64,000 nt of DNA. It comes from a virus. Lineage: Duplodnaviria; Caudoviricetes. Made by a program: the position numbers and the translations under genes. Where the stretch lies: IMG/VR virus record IMGVR_UViG_3300020577_012633, positions 32,001 to 96,000 of that record; one strand, written 5' to 3'. The notes beneath the pieces are model-generated. The model had not been told where the DNA came from. It worked only from the letters and a program-made list of their open reading frames with translations, and did no database searches. The number at the start of each line of letters is the position of its first letter. The first letter of the stretch is position 1. Of the stretch, positions 27,046 through 36,556 are shown piece after piece.

Positions 27046-27432
27046 TTATCGTCTACGCATAAAAAATACTGAAATCCATAATAATAAAATTATTCCTGGA
27101 CATGGTATAAATATTGGTGGAGGATTCAAAACAATGCTACTTGGAGTTAAAATAAAAGCATTATCATGTATTACAGGAATAAAGCCTTGAAAATGGATAT
27201 TATCAAAATCCGAAGGATTCATGGCTTCATAAACTCTAATCGTGCCTTTCGAAGAATGTATGAACCAATCTTGATTGAAAACCTGCAAAACGATACAATT
27301 ATAATTAGGCGTTGATAAAAGATCATTACCAGAAAGCTGAGTAATCTGAGAAATCGGAATTTTCGTCAAATTTGTCTGCCAGTTCTGCAAGAACAACGGC
27401 GTGACATCCTTTGGGTAAGCAAAAACAACCAA
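27046..27432 (-). CDS. protein with a PEP-CTERM-like tail (5' end uncertain)
   Basis: Ends IPCPG + hydrophobic helix + RRR; 5' part overlaps the DUF4326 gene. Confidence 0.4.
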   Translation of the reverse strand: MVVFAYPKDVTPLFLQNWQTNLTKIPISQITQLSGNDLLSTPNYNCIVLQVFNQDWFIHSSKGTIRVYEAMNPSDFDNIHFQGFIPVIHDNAFILTPSSIVLNPPPIFIPCPGIILLLWISVFFMRRR

Positions 27433-27643
27433 GTCTTTTTCCTTTTATTTCATGAAGATCTGCTATTAAATTTGGCTGGGCTAATATCCAAAAAGAATAT
27501 AGTCTAATCGCTTCGTCTCTTGACTCAACTATAAACTTAGCTTTGCTTTTAGGATCATGACTGTATGGATTTCCCCACTTCGATCCTCTGCCAACATCAA
27601 TATCAAAAGGTTCTTTATACCGATTTACAGCTATTGTTAGCAT
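27326..27643 (-). CDS. DUF4326 family protein
   Basis: VGRGSKWGNPY, LHEIKGKRLGCFCLPKGCHAVVL. Confidence 0.88.
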   Translation of the reverse strand: MLTIAVNRYKEPFDIDVGRGSKWGNPYSHDPKSKAKFIVESRDEAIRLYSFWILAQPNLIADLHEIKGKRLGCFCLPKGCHAVVLAELADKFDENSDFSDYSAFW

Positions 27644-28256
27644 TTTCGTCAGCCCATTCAGATTCTTCTGTCTTATGTTCTGGTCTATGATGATCAAAAG
27701 GTTTCCATAAAGAACCTTCTTTGGCCCATTTAATTCTTGGATCTTCCCATTTCTTTTTAGACATGATATTTTTAACTTCATCAATATTTATTGGAGAATA
27801 ATTATGGCAATCAACTCCTACATCAAATGCTTGAGCAGATTCATCATCAGGTAATCCTCCGTGACTATGACCATAAAGATGCCAAGATCCATAATGGGAT
27901 TTATTCCAAACTTTCAAAGCATAATGACAAAGAACAATATCTTTGTGTTGACCATCAATTTCTGTCTTCAATGTCAACATATCATAAACACCAGAGAACA
28001 AGGGGCTATTGTATCTTATTCTGTCATGATTTCCTAAAATGAGTACAATAGTTTTACAATTGATAGCATTTCTAAAATACTCTACTCTATTTTTAGCAAA
28101 ATCTCCCAAATGAAATAATCTATCATTGGGGTTGACTTTTGAATTAATATTTTCTATAAGCTTTTCATTCATTTCATCTACAGAGACAAATGGTCTCTTT
28201 GAATATTTAATAATATTTGCGTGATCAAAATGAGTGTCTGAAATAAACCAGTCCAT
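27615..28256 (-). CDS. calcineurin-like metallophosphoesterase
   Basis: FISDTHF, HLGDF, GNHD, LCHYA, HLYGHSH, DVGVD. Confidence 0.92.
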   Translation of the reverse strand: MDWFISDTHFDHANIIKYSKRPFVSVDEMNEKLIENINSKVNPNDRLFHLGDFAKNRVEYFRNAINCKTIVLILGNHDRIRYNSPLFSGVYDMLTLKTEIDGQHKDIVLCHYALKVWNKSHYGSWHLYGHSHGGLPDDESAQAFDVGVDCHNYSPINIDEVKNIMSKKKWEDPRIKWAKEGSLWKPFDHHRPEHKTEESEWADENANNSCKSV

Positions 28257-28322
28257 AAACAAAATCCTTTCATTGGCGAGTTTCATCTTCTGCCTCGCCT
28301 TTTTACATTGTTATTGAGTTAT

Positions 28323-28367
28323 TATCGGCAACGTGGTTGCAAAAGAACAAATAAACACAAGCCGATA
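28323..28367. promoter_or_regulatory. divergent pair of GCCGATA elements
   Basis: Minus-strand copy at 28323-28329 and plus-strand copy at 28361-28367, each pointing into its own gene. Confidence 0.55.
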
Positions 28368-28375
28368 TTTGTGTC

Positions 28376-29092
28376 ATGGAAACAATTATACCAAAAATAT
28401 TTCACCAAATATGGCTCAATGGGAAACTTCCTGAAGAACATTGTTGTTTTAGAGATCATATGTTAGAACTGCATCCTGGATGGGAATATAAACTTTGGAC
28501 AAAAAGAAATATGCCCAAACTCATAAATCAAGATATTTTTGACAAATGGCCTGAAATGTGTTTCAAAGCTGATGTACTTAGATATGAAATATTGTACAAA
28601 TTTGGAGGGATTTACATAGATACTGATTTTTTGTTCTACAAAAATATAGAAGAATGTATGCAAAAGGAATATCTTATAGTCAATGAATTTGATGAACCGT
28701 ATTTTCATGCGGGTTGTTATCATATGACGAATAATTGTCTTATAGGAGCTGTTCCAAAAAGCGCATTAATGCAATATGTTGTATACAAACTAAGAGAAAG
28801 TATGCAAAGATATGAGGAATTAAAGAACAAATATAATCATTTTGATGCAGGTCTTTCAACTGTTGGTCCATATTTTTTTGACAAATGCGTAGAAGAGATT
28901 ATTGGAAGAAGTTTCTCTTACGATACAAAATATTTCTGTCCATTTAGACCTCATGATTTGCCTCATAAACAATATGAAAATTTTCCTGATGCATACGCAA
29001 TTCATTTATGGAATAATAACTGGAGAACCTATGGTGGAGCTGAAGTTTATAAAACTCTTCCATGTTACAAAAGAAAACATGGAATAAAATGA
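28376..29092 (+). CDS. DXD glycosyltransferase (GT32/Gly_transf_sug)
   Basis: IPKIFHQIW, ADVLRYEILYKFGGIYIDTD, VGP, AIHLW. Confidence 0.9.
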   Translation: METIIPKIFHQIWLNGKLPEEHCCFRDHMLELHPGWEYKLWTKRNMPKLINQDIFDKWPEMCFKADVLRYEILYKFGGIYIDTDFLFYKNIEECMQKEYLIVNEFDEPYFHAGCYHMTNNCLIGAVPKSALMQYVVYKLRESMQRYEELKNKYNHFDAGLSTVGPYFFDKCVEEIIGRSFSYDTKYFCPFRPHDLPHKQYENFPDAYAIHLWNNNWRTYGGAEVYKTLPCYKRKHGIK

Positions 29093-29766
29093 TACCAAAA
29101 ATATTCCATCAGATATGGTTTGAAGGTAAAATTCCAGAACCGTTTTTTTACTTTTCTGAACATTTAAAACAACTTCATCCTGGATGGGAATATAAGTTTT
29201 GGAATATAAATAATATGCCAGAACTTATTAATCAAGAAGCATTTGAATTTTACAACAATGTAATATTCAAATCTGATATTCTTAGATATGAAATGCTTCA
29301 TAAATTTGGAGGAATATATGTCGATTTTGATTTCCTGTTTTATAAAAATATAGAACCGTTAATAACAGATGATTATTTTTTAGTTTTTGATGTTGACAAC
29401 TTGCATATAAATAACTGCATTATGGGATTCTCAAAAGAAAATGAAATAATAAAATCAGTAATTGATGAAATACCAAAATCACTCGCAATTGCTAAACAAA
29501 TAAAAAACGGAAGAGACAATTTACAAGTTGGATTAAATGCAGTTGGTCCAAGATTCTTACAAAGAACTATTTCAAAGTTTGATAAAATCAAATTTATTGA
29601 CAGAAAATTCACTCATCCATTCGGAACAGAAGAGGTAATAGAAAAACAATTAAATGAGTTTCCAGACTCTTACGGAGCGCATTTTTGGAGTTCTCATAAT
29701 GGAACATATTTTATAGAAGCTCATAAAAAGCTTCCATGCTACATCATGCGTGAGAATGTTCACTAA
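29089..29766 (+). CDS. DXD glycosyltransferase (GT32), tandem paralog
   Basis: IPKIFHQIW, SDILRYEMLHKFGGIYVDFD, VGP, AHFW. Confidence 0.9.
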   Translation: MIPKIFHQIWFEGKIPEPFFYFSEHLKQLHPGWEYKFWNINNMPELINQEAFEFYNNVIFKSDILRYEMLHKFGGIYVDFDFLFYKNIEPLITDDYFLVFDVDNLHINNCIMGFSKENEIIKSVIDEIPKSLAIAKQIKNGRDNLQVGLNAVGPRFLQRTISKFDKIKFIDRKFTHPFGTEEVIEKQLNEFPDSYGAHFWSSHNGTYFIEAHKKLPCYIMRENVH

Positions 29767-31012
29767 GAGATACAGGTCCACCAGTTTTATCATCGAGATC
29801 AAAATTGGCGTCTATGAAATTTATTACCTCTTGAGGATCAATGCCTTTGTTAAAGACAATATTTGGTCCATGATTGTCAAGATATACTGCATATAGATTG
29901 CCAAACTTAGCAAGCCCATTTGAAGTATTTTGACCGCACTGGTGAGAGCCACATTCGTATTCTCTTTGAGAAACAGTAGGAACAAGATCTCTTGGGTTTT
30001 GTTTCAACGGACAATGAAAATGTACAATACAATCGCAATCTGGATGTTCTGCAAAAACAATACGTTGAGATTGTCCGCCTACGGAAGGTTTAGCGCCATA
30101 AGCAATAACTCTATCCGGCCCATCAGTCTCAATCTTTACAAGACCATTCTTTTCAATATCATTGAAGTTTGTTTTGCGAATAGAAGTCAAGAAAGTTGTT
30201 GGACCAATTTTTGCAGCAAAATGGCCGACAGTCGCCCCACTAGGACCAACCTTATATGCTCCATTTGCAACACAATAGTCTACAACCGTTCTAAGAACCT
30301 CAGGAACAAGATCTGACTTCCAAGGAATAGGATCGCCAGCTATGACAGTAGAACGAGTAAAAGTAAGATGAGAACGAAGTTTAGTCATTTCAACAAGACC
30401 GCGAAGAGCTGCATCTCTGTCAAAGGTAACGTGATATCTTGCTTCTTCTGGCGTGATGACCATATTCAATCGCGTCTTTACGTCATTTGCAAGGACAAGG
30501 TTACAAGAAGCTTTCTTGCAAAGATCAAGACCTGCAATATATTGTTCATCTTCTGTTGCGTTACAGGTAGTCTTAAATCCAACAAGGAAAATATCCTTGC
30601 GACTATATTTTTCTGCGCGGAAAAATTTAATCACTTTCTTTTTCATGGATAGATCAATTTTATAACCATTCAAATTCCTTGAATTTAATCTGGTTTCATA
30701 TTTACCAGGAGAATTTTCTCCAACCTTTCCTTCATAATCACACATAGCGCAAGAAAAGAAAACAATCTTGACGTTCAAATCAGAGACTATATCCTTTACC
30801 CATGCTTCAACATCTTCATTTGTTTCCATAGCAGAGCCAGGATCTGCCATTTTAGTTAGGCACATTGAGGTAGTCATGCTAGGAATCAATTCTTCGCAAA
30901 GAGATTGAAGCTTTCGTGCTGTTTTACCATAAGCAGGAGCGCACAAAGCTAAATGAGCAGTGACATGAGAAACAGTTCCGCCGCCAAAGATAGCGATTTT
31001 CTTGGGGTTCAT
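29744..31012 (-). CDS. CoaB-like ligase domain fused to a class II aldolase/adducin-like domain
   Basis: GGGT..APAYGKTA, CAMCDY, LVGFKT, LVLANDV (CoaB pattern); C-terminal GHFAAK..FLTS, CIVHFH, NHG (aldolase II pattern). Confidence 0.7.
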   Translation of the reverse strand: MNPKKIAIFGGGTVSHVTAHLALCAPAYGKTARKLQSLCEELIPSMTTSMCLTKMADPGSAMETNEDVEAWVKDIVSDLNVKIVFFSCAMCDYEGKVGENSPGKYETRLNSRNLNGYKIDLSMKKKVIKFFRAEKYSRKDIFLVGFKTTCNATEDEQYIAGLDLCKKASCNLVLANDVKTRLNMVITPEEARYHVTFDRDAALRGLVEMTKLRSHLTFTRSTVIAGDPIPWKSDLVPEVLRTVVDYCVANGAYKVGPSGATVGHFAAKIGPTTFLTSIRKTNFNDIEKNGLVKIETDGPDRVIAYGAKPSVGGQSQRIVFAEHPDCDCIVHFHCPLKQNPRDLVPTVSQREYECGSHQCGQNTSNGLAKFGNLYAVYLDNHGPNIVFNKGIDPQEVINFIDANFDLDDKTGGPVSLSEHSHA

Positions 31013-31016
31013 TATT

Positions 31017-31862
31017 TTAACTCCAATAAGTGTAAATGCAGGGACGCAATTCGTTTACGGTTTTTGCCCAATCTTTGAATAATCCAACGTAATAAGTCCA
31101 CAGAATGACAGATGCATGAATTTCAGGTCGATATGTTTCATTCATTTTAATAATATCAGCATTAGAAAGAGATGGTCTTATTTTTTCGCTGAAACGTCCT
31201 GTAAGAATATTATATGTTCCGCCATTTATTCGATCAGGAAAAAATTCAAGATTATTTTCCATTAAAAAAGGAAGATCATGTACTAGATTTTCTTTAACAA
31301 TTCTGATTTTATCTTTGTACGGAATTCTTATCATCATTCCATAAGGGTATATACCACAGAGACCAGTCCTTTGATCAAGCCATTGAATCTTTACATCTAC
31401 TGAACCACCAGCTTCATAGTAATCAATCATATCATCGCTGCGATAAAATGATTTTTGTTCTGGAGGTATAATACCAAAAACGTTTGGAAATCCGAACTCT
31501 CCGCAGTAAGCAAATCCTAGATGGAAAATGCTTTCTATTTTAGACTTCTTTTCATTTTCAGGTAAAGCCATGAAATCTTTGGCATATTGATAAATACCCC
31601 AATTTATGCCAGAAATATCTCCTTCCGAAGGACCATTTGCTTGCGCAAGTATTTCTTTGTGTTCTGAAAGCTTAGACTCGTCTAATATCCATTGAAGAAA
31701 TGGAATAAACATCCTACGAGGACGCTCATAATCTTCATCATCATATTCCTCTTTTATTCCAAGCATCCATTCCTGGAATCTTGAATCTGCTAGTCTTGTT
31801 TTTTTGTTTGTTACAACGTTATCAAGAGCATAGCAAAGGTGTTTTTTAATCCTCATTCCCAT
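31017..31862 (-). CDS. hypothetical protein
   Basis: 281 aa, YRSDDMIDYYE, LRPCIYTYWS. Confidence 0.75.
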   Translation of the reverse strand: MGMRIKKHLCYALDNVVTNKKTRLADSRFQEWMLGIKEEYDDEDYERPRRMFIPFLQWILDESKLSEHKEILAQANGPSEGDISGINWGIYQYAKDFMALPENEKKSKIESIFHLGFAYCGEFGFPNVFGIIPPEQKSFYRSDDMIDYYEAGGSVDVKIQWLDQRTGLCGIYPYGMMIRIPYKDKIRIVKENLVHDLPFLMENNLEFFPDRINGGTYNILTGRFSEKIRPSLSNADIIKMNETYRPEIHASVILWTYYVGLFKDWAKTVNELRPCIYTYWS

Positions 31863-32521
31863 TAGGATCTCATCCTTAGTCCTTCAACAGCCCATTTTCC
31901 ACTAACAAACTGTGGATTTAATATTTCATGTTTCAAACCAATCGTAACGATACTACAATTCCCAGGAGTATCAATTGAGTCAAATTGCTCAACTGACAAA
32001 TGCATAAATCTCATTACAAAACATTTAATAATCATGCCGTGAGTAACAATTACAACGTCTTTCGTTGAGCCGTTTGGACCAATTTTTCTTTTCAGTTGTC
32101 TCATCATTGAATCAAGGAAGGTTGCGCATCGCTCAAAGCAATCTGCTCCGCTTTCGCCACCATCCATACGATACCAAAAGAAACCTTCATGTTCTCTTTT
32201 GTCTTTTTGGCTTTCAGGATCTCCATAGCCAAAATCAACCTCTCGCAAACGAGGATCTTCATAGACTCTTAGATTGTCTGTGTCTTCAGTAAAACCTGCT
32301 CCAACTTTTATGAAATGCATTGTTTGTCTTGTTCTTTTGTAAGGAGAACAATATAGTAATGAGTCCTGTAGGAATTCTTTTCCTAGTAATTTGCCAGCAT
32401 TTAAAGCTTGATCTACGCCTTCAGGTTCCACAATAGGAATCTGATGGTTTGGCATATCTTGATGCTTAATAAGCTTAGCATTTAATGCAGAAAGAGCATG
32501 ACGCACAAGTTTAATCTGCAT
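31862..32521 (-). CDS. histidine phosphatase (phosphoglycerate mutase-like)
   Basis: LVRHA, CSPYKRTRQT, LREVDFG, GGES, VTHG. Confidence 0.92.
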   Translation of the reverse strand: MQIKLVRHALSALNAKLIKHQDMPNHQIPIVEPEGVDQALNAGKLLGKEFLQDSLLYCSPYKRTRQTMHFIKVGAGFTEDTDNLRVYEDPRLREVDFGYGDPESQKDKREHEGFFWYRMDGGESGADCFERCATFLDSMMRQLKRKIGPNGSTKDVVIVTHGMIIKCFVMRFMHLSVEQFDSIDTPGNCSIVTIGLKHEILNPQFVSGKWAVEGLRMRS

Positions 32522-32526
32522 GATAT

Positions 32527-32985
32527 TTATCCAAGTTTCGCAGGATCAAAATTAAACTGTTTTTTGTATTTTACTTTAAGATCCTCGAAAACTTCTTTCG
32601 AGATCTGTTCCCATTCTGATTGCTTAATTCCTTTTACACCTTGAACACTTGAAACAAAATCAGTAGTTCCACTTATCATAAAATCTGAGGGCAAATAAAT
32701 ATTTGCAATAAGCATTTTTGTATTATTTTCATCGTTCATGAATCCCATTACATACAAAAGAGCAGGGTTTTGATTTTCTGTATTTTTAAACTTATAAAAA
32801 CAACCTTCTTTAAAGTTGTAGACACGAGTAGTTGGATCATCTTTTGTTGGGTCTATATTATCTGTGCCGCAATCTTCGCATGGATAAGACTGAGGATGTC
32901 TTTTTTGTACTACAGTACAATCTTCGTCTCCATACTTACAACCATGAACGATGCAACAATGTTCTGTGTGAACGTCTTTAGCCAT
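32527..32985 (-). CDS. hypothetical protein with Cys/His N-terminus
   Basis: HTEHCCIVHGCKYGDEDC; start moved to ATG 32985. Confidence 0.65.
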   Translation of the reverse strand: MAKDVHTEHCCIVHGCKYGDEDCTVVQKRHPQSYPCEDCGTDNIDPTKDDPTTRVYNFKEGCFYKFKNTENQNPALLYVMGFMNDENNTKMLIANIYLPSDFMISGTTDFVSSVQGVKGIKQSEWEQISKEVFEDLKVKYKKQFNFDPAKLG

Positions 32986-33153
32986 TGTTGTTTTTTCTTT
33001 TCTGTATAAGTATGCCAAGAACAGAATCGGCACGGACAGCAAGTATTTTATCATATACCCCTGTTTCTTTATTCCAAACAGGAACATGAAGCATTTTTAC
33101 CGTCTTAGCCTCGGTTCTGCAAATAGGACAGATTTTGGTTTCTTGTTTTTCCA

Positions 33154-34731
33154 TTATGCGGAAAATTCGACCAGGTAACGAAGCTGATGCTGATCTCGAT
33201 CAAAAGTAATGAACTCGTTGTTCATAACCTGACTTACATTTGCCTTTCCAAAAATACAGTGGTGGCCCTTTGGAGGTTCAGTATAACCGCGAGGACCAGG
33301 AGCTACGAAAGGATTGCCAAGTGCAGTATCAGAGACGAACATGAACGCATGGCGACCAGCAACGGAACCTCCTCCGCCGCCCCAACGAGAATATCCAGAA
33401 GTATAGCCAGCGCTCTTTTTCCAGTCATCAGCCCAATATAGACCGCCTCCGAACATAGCACCAGTAATAACAACGCCAACGAGAGTCTTAGGAAGGCGAA
33501 GGTTCTCTCGAAGAATACCAGGAACGTTCACAGAGCGAGTTCCGTGGAACATCATAGAAACGTTAGCTTTTTCATAGAAAGGAGCTTCATTCGGGTCAAC
33601 ATCATTGCGAGAATGAGGTTGGTGCAAAGCTTTTTCTGAAATCTTTGATTTACTGGCAGCGATTTCTTTGATAGCCTTTCGCCATCCATCAACATGAGCA
33701 AGCTGACGAACAGCCCACATGTTATGAATCTTCATTCCTCCAACGTCACTATGACGATTTCGCGTAGCATTAGGCATCCATCCAAGAATAAACTTGCCAC
33801 GCTCCGATTTAGGATCAATATAGGCCATTTCAATGTTGAAACCAGCAAGAGGATCAACATCTTTATCAAGGCCCATGTCAACAGCATATAGAGCAGACTC
33901 GAAAGCATCGAGATCCTGGTCCCATGCAGTAATGTTGTCTTTATTCAAAATCCAGTTAACATCGCCAACTCGCTTTACCTTCGGAATACGAGAGTAAAGA
34001 TGGTTGGTGAGAGCCTTAAGCTCTGTATCATTCATCTGGTCTTTTTCATTATCGCCAACTGCTTTGACCCGCTTACGAGCTTCGGTCAAGATTTCTCGAC
34101 CTTCATCAAGAGATGCCTGAGTTGGGATATTGCCACCTTGAACAACAGTCTTTGCATAAGCAACAGTACCTACGTTCATATCTCTCATCAATTTGAGAGT
34201 CTGCTCGTCCCATTTTGGCTTTGTATTTACGTTAGCTGTTGAAGTATTTGTAACCTGAGCCGTCTTTTTTGCTCCGTCATTGAAAGCAATCTTTTTTGCA
34301 TCAGGAAGACCAGTTGTACGAGTTGCAAGAGGACGAACAAGATAGCAATCCTCTCCAGATTTTGCTTGGAGAACTTTGCGACCAGCAATGGTTGTCCATT
34401 CACCTCTTTTATCATTCTTGGAATGAAGCTGTTTTTCGTATTCGCGTTGCGCTTCATCTTCACTACCGCATTCAACAAAAGTGAAATCAGCTTTTGTTGC
34501 GCCAGTGCGACCCCATTCAAAATATGCGAACCAGGAATTGGTTTTTTTACTCTTTACCACTGATCCGTGGTAATATTTGTTTGAATCTTTTCCGTCCTGC
34601 GTAAAGCAACCCATGTCAGCAAGTTTAGTGCCTGAGAAATTGCCGTCTTGGGTAGCGGGAGGACCAAAGCATTCAAAATCATCAACCGTGTGACCTTTAG
34701 GAAGCGTGCCTCGACCAAGTTTGGTTGCCAT
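33154..34731 (-). CDS. PARP-like ADP-ribosyltransferase with WGR and helical regulatory domains
   Basis: SNKYY..EWGRTG (WGR); LTNHLYSRIP; catalytic MFHGTR, GAMFGGGLYWADDWKKSAGY, NNEFI (H-Y-E triad). Confidence 0.9.
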   Translation of the reverse strand: MATKLGRGTLPKGHTVDDFECFGPPATQDGNFSGTKLADMGCFTQDGKDSNKYYHGSVVKSKKTNSWFAYFEWGRTGATKADFTFVECGSEDEAQREYEKQLHSKNDKRGEWTTIAGRKVLQAKSGEDCYLVRPLATRTTGLPDAKKIAFNDGAKKTAQVTNTSTANVNTKPKWDEQTLKLMRDMNVGTVAYAKTVVQGGNIPTQASLDEGREILTEARKRVKAVGDNEKDQMNDTELKALTNHLYSRIPKVKRVGDVNWILNKDNITAWDQDLDAFESALYAVDMGLDKDVDPLAGFNIEMAYIDPKSERGKFILGWMPNATRNRHSDVGGMKIHNMWAVRQLAHVDGWRKAIKEIAASKSKISEKALHQPHSRNDVDPNEAPFYEKANVSMMFHGTRSVNVPGILRENLRLPKTLVGVVITGAMFGGGLYWADDWKKSAGYTSGYSRWGGGGGSVAGRHAFMFVSDTALGNPFVAPGPRGYTEPPKGHHCIFGKANVSQVMNNEFITFDRDQHQLRYLVEFSA

Positions 34732-34803
34732 TTGAGATTCTTTCAAAACAGGTTTTAGTTGGAGATCTCAAACGATCTCTCGCACACCATATTTTAGCCA
34801 AAA

Positions 34804-34813
34804 AAGTCTAGAG
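34804..34813 (-). promoter_or_regulatory. CTCTAGACTT motif (copy 5)
   Basis: Upstream of the PARP gene. Confidence 0.6.
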
Positions 34814-34865
34814 TCAAAGGCTGAGCAAGTGACAGAACAATAAAGTTTCTTCAGGTTCTTTTATT

Positions 34866-35141
34866 TTACTTCATTTTATTTTTAAAATATCCAATACTAA
34901 ATCCCATGCTTAGGAATTCAGAAAGATTTCTTTTTGCATCTTTATTATTTATTCCAGAAAAAACAACGCCCTTTGTATCTATCCCTTCAGGGAATCTTGA
35001 TAAGCATTGATCAAATATGTCTTTTATAGAATCTCCAACAAGAGTTATAGAATCATCTGAATCTGTAACGAGTTGGCATACAAACCTTGGAGGGCCAGGA
35101 ATTTTTAAGATTTCAAAATCAAAAGCTTTCATTCTTTTCAT
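34866..35141 (-). CDS. hypothetical protein (paralog of 35592-35840)
   Basis: Shares DSITxxGxS..IF....xFPE....FSG. Confidence 0.65.
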   Translation of the reverse strand: MKRMKAFDFEILKIPGPPRFVCQLVTDSDDSITLVGDSIKDIFDQCLSRFPEGIDTKGVVFSGINNKDAKRNLSEFLSMGFSIGYFKNKMK

Positions 35142-35328
35142 TATTGTTTTCTTTTATATGAGCATCATAGAGATCAGATACTAGCTTTATCAAATCTTCT
35201 TTTGAGTTGAATTCAATAGAAAATCCAGGAATCCACAATTCCATATCTCCATCTTTCTCTTTTACTATAAATCTATTTACGTCTTTCATTTCTCTATCAG
35301 TAATTCCAAGACCACCATTTATAAACAT
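35119..35328 (-). CDS. hypothetical protein
   Basis: Small operon-packed ORF. Confidence 0.55.
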   Translation of the reverse strand: MFINGGLGITDREMKDVNRFIVKEKDGDMELWIPGFSIEFNSKEDLIKLVSDLYDAHIKENNNEKNESF

Positions 35329-35337
35329 AAATACTCC

Positions 35338-35595
35338 TTATACTAGATCATTGAATCCTATATCATTTTCTATATATTTATCTTCGCAAGATTTATATAT
35401 AGCATCATAAAGCAATTTAGGAATACTTAGAAGAAACTTTTTCCCATCTTTCTTTTCGACAATAATAGTTCTTTCTTTATCATCGGTAGATATAATAGAT
35501 TTTATTTCATTCCAATCAGATTGACTAAAACTATTTAATTTTAGTGGAAATGGACATTCCAGAGATCCTAAATCTATATCAAGATGCTTATTCAT
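35338..35595 (-). CDS. hypothetical protein
   Basis: Small operon-packed ORF. Confidence 0.55.
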   Translation of the reverse strand: MNKHLDIDLGSLECPFPLKLNSFSQSDWNEIKSIISTDDKERTIIVEKKDGKKFLLSIPKLLYDAIYKSCEDKYIENDIGFNDLV

Positions 35596-35840
35596 TGTTG
35601 ATTGTACCTGCTAATAAGATGCAAAAACTCATTAAGATACTGTTGTGATTCTTCTTTCGTTTGTCCAGAAAACCCAATAGCTTTGAATGGAAATTTTTCT
35701 GGAAATTTGCGAGAAAATTCAAAAAATATATGAGATACGGAATTTCCTCCTATTGTTATAGAATCATTATTTTCTAATATGAATTGTAAAACAATCGGAA
35801 ATTCAAATTGCTCATCATATTCATGTATATTATTTTCCAT
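35592..35840 (-). CDS. hypothetical protein (paralog of 34866-35141)
   Basis: Same shared motif as 34866-35141. Confidence 0.65.
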   Translation of the reverse strand: MENNIHEYDEQFEFPIVLQFILENNDSITIGGNSVSHIFFEFSRKFPEKFPFKAIGFSGQTKEESQQYLNEFLHLISRYNQQ

Positions 35841-36444
35841 TGTGATTTTGTTGACAATATGAATACATCGCTATCCCTGAAGCAACTCCAACATTTAAAC
35901 TTCTAACACTTCCAAATTGCTTAATATATACAATCTCTTTACATTCATTTATTACATCAGATGTAAGACCTACAGTTTCCTGACCAAAACACATAATAAC
36001 ATGTTTTTCTTTTGGCCAAACGTATTCGTCTAATGGTTTGGCATTAGGCAGATCATCAAATCCTATAAATACATTATCGCCCATAATATCTTTGATACTA
36101 TCAATATGTATTATGTTTTCATAATGATTTGTTCCTACCGCCCCTCTGGAATCAAATTTTCTTTTGCCCAAAACATAAAGATTCTTACCTAGAAACGCAT
36201 TTGAATTTCTGATAACGCTACCTATATTGAAATCATGAAAATGATTTGTTATAAGGACTGAAAAATTGTGTCTCTTTGTGTCAAGCTTTACCTTGATAGC
36301 ATCTGTTGTCCAATATTTATATACATCAATTATGTTTCTTTTATCTACCTGACATTTCTTTTTACATTCATAAGCTTCATCTATAGTGCTATAACGCTTC
36401 TTACAAGAAGTGCATTGAAATTTTATTGTTATTTCAGTTGTCAT
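35830..36444 (-). CDS. SpoU/TrmH-family RNA 2'-O-methyltransferase
   Basis: FNIGSVIRNSNAF, FGQETVGL, VRSLNVGVASGIAMY. Confidence 0.9.
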   Translation of the reverse strand: MTTEITIKFQCTSCKKRYSTIDEAYECKKKCQVDKRNIIDVYKYWTTDAIKVKLDTKRHNFSVLITNHFHDFNIGSVIRNSNAFLGKNLYVLGKRKFDSRGAVGTNHYENIIHIDSIKDIMGDNVFIGFDDLPNAKPLDEYVWPKEKHVIMCFGQETVGLTSDVINECKEIVYIKQFGSVRSLNVGVASGIAMYSYCQQNHNGK

Positions 36445-36503
36445 AAAAGAATAACGACCAAACAAAAAGAAAAGACCATGAATTCACCTTATAAATTTTG
36501 CAC

Positions 36504-36534
36504 AAAAAGAACAAGACTGCTCTCGCAGTCTTGT
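36504..36534 (-). terminator. intrinsic terminator after the porin gene
   Basis: ACAAGACTGC-GAGA-GCAGTCTTGT followed by TCTTTTTT. Confidence 0.8.
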
Positions 36535-36556
36535 CTTTGGATAATCTTATAAACGA

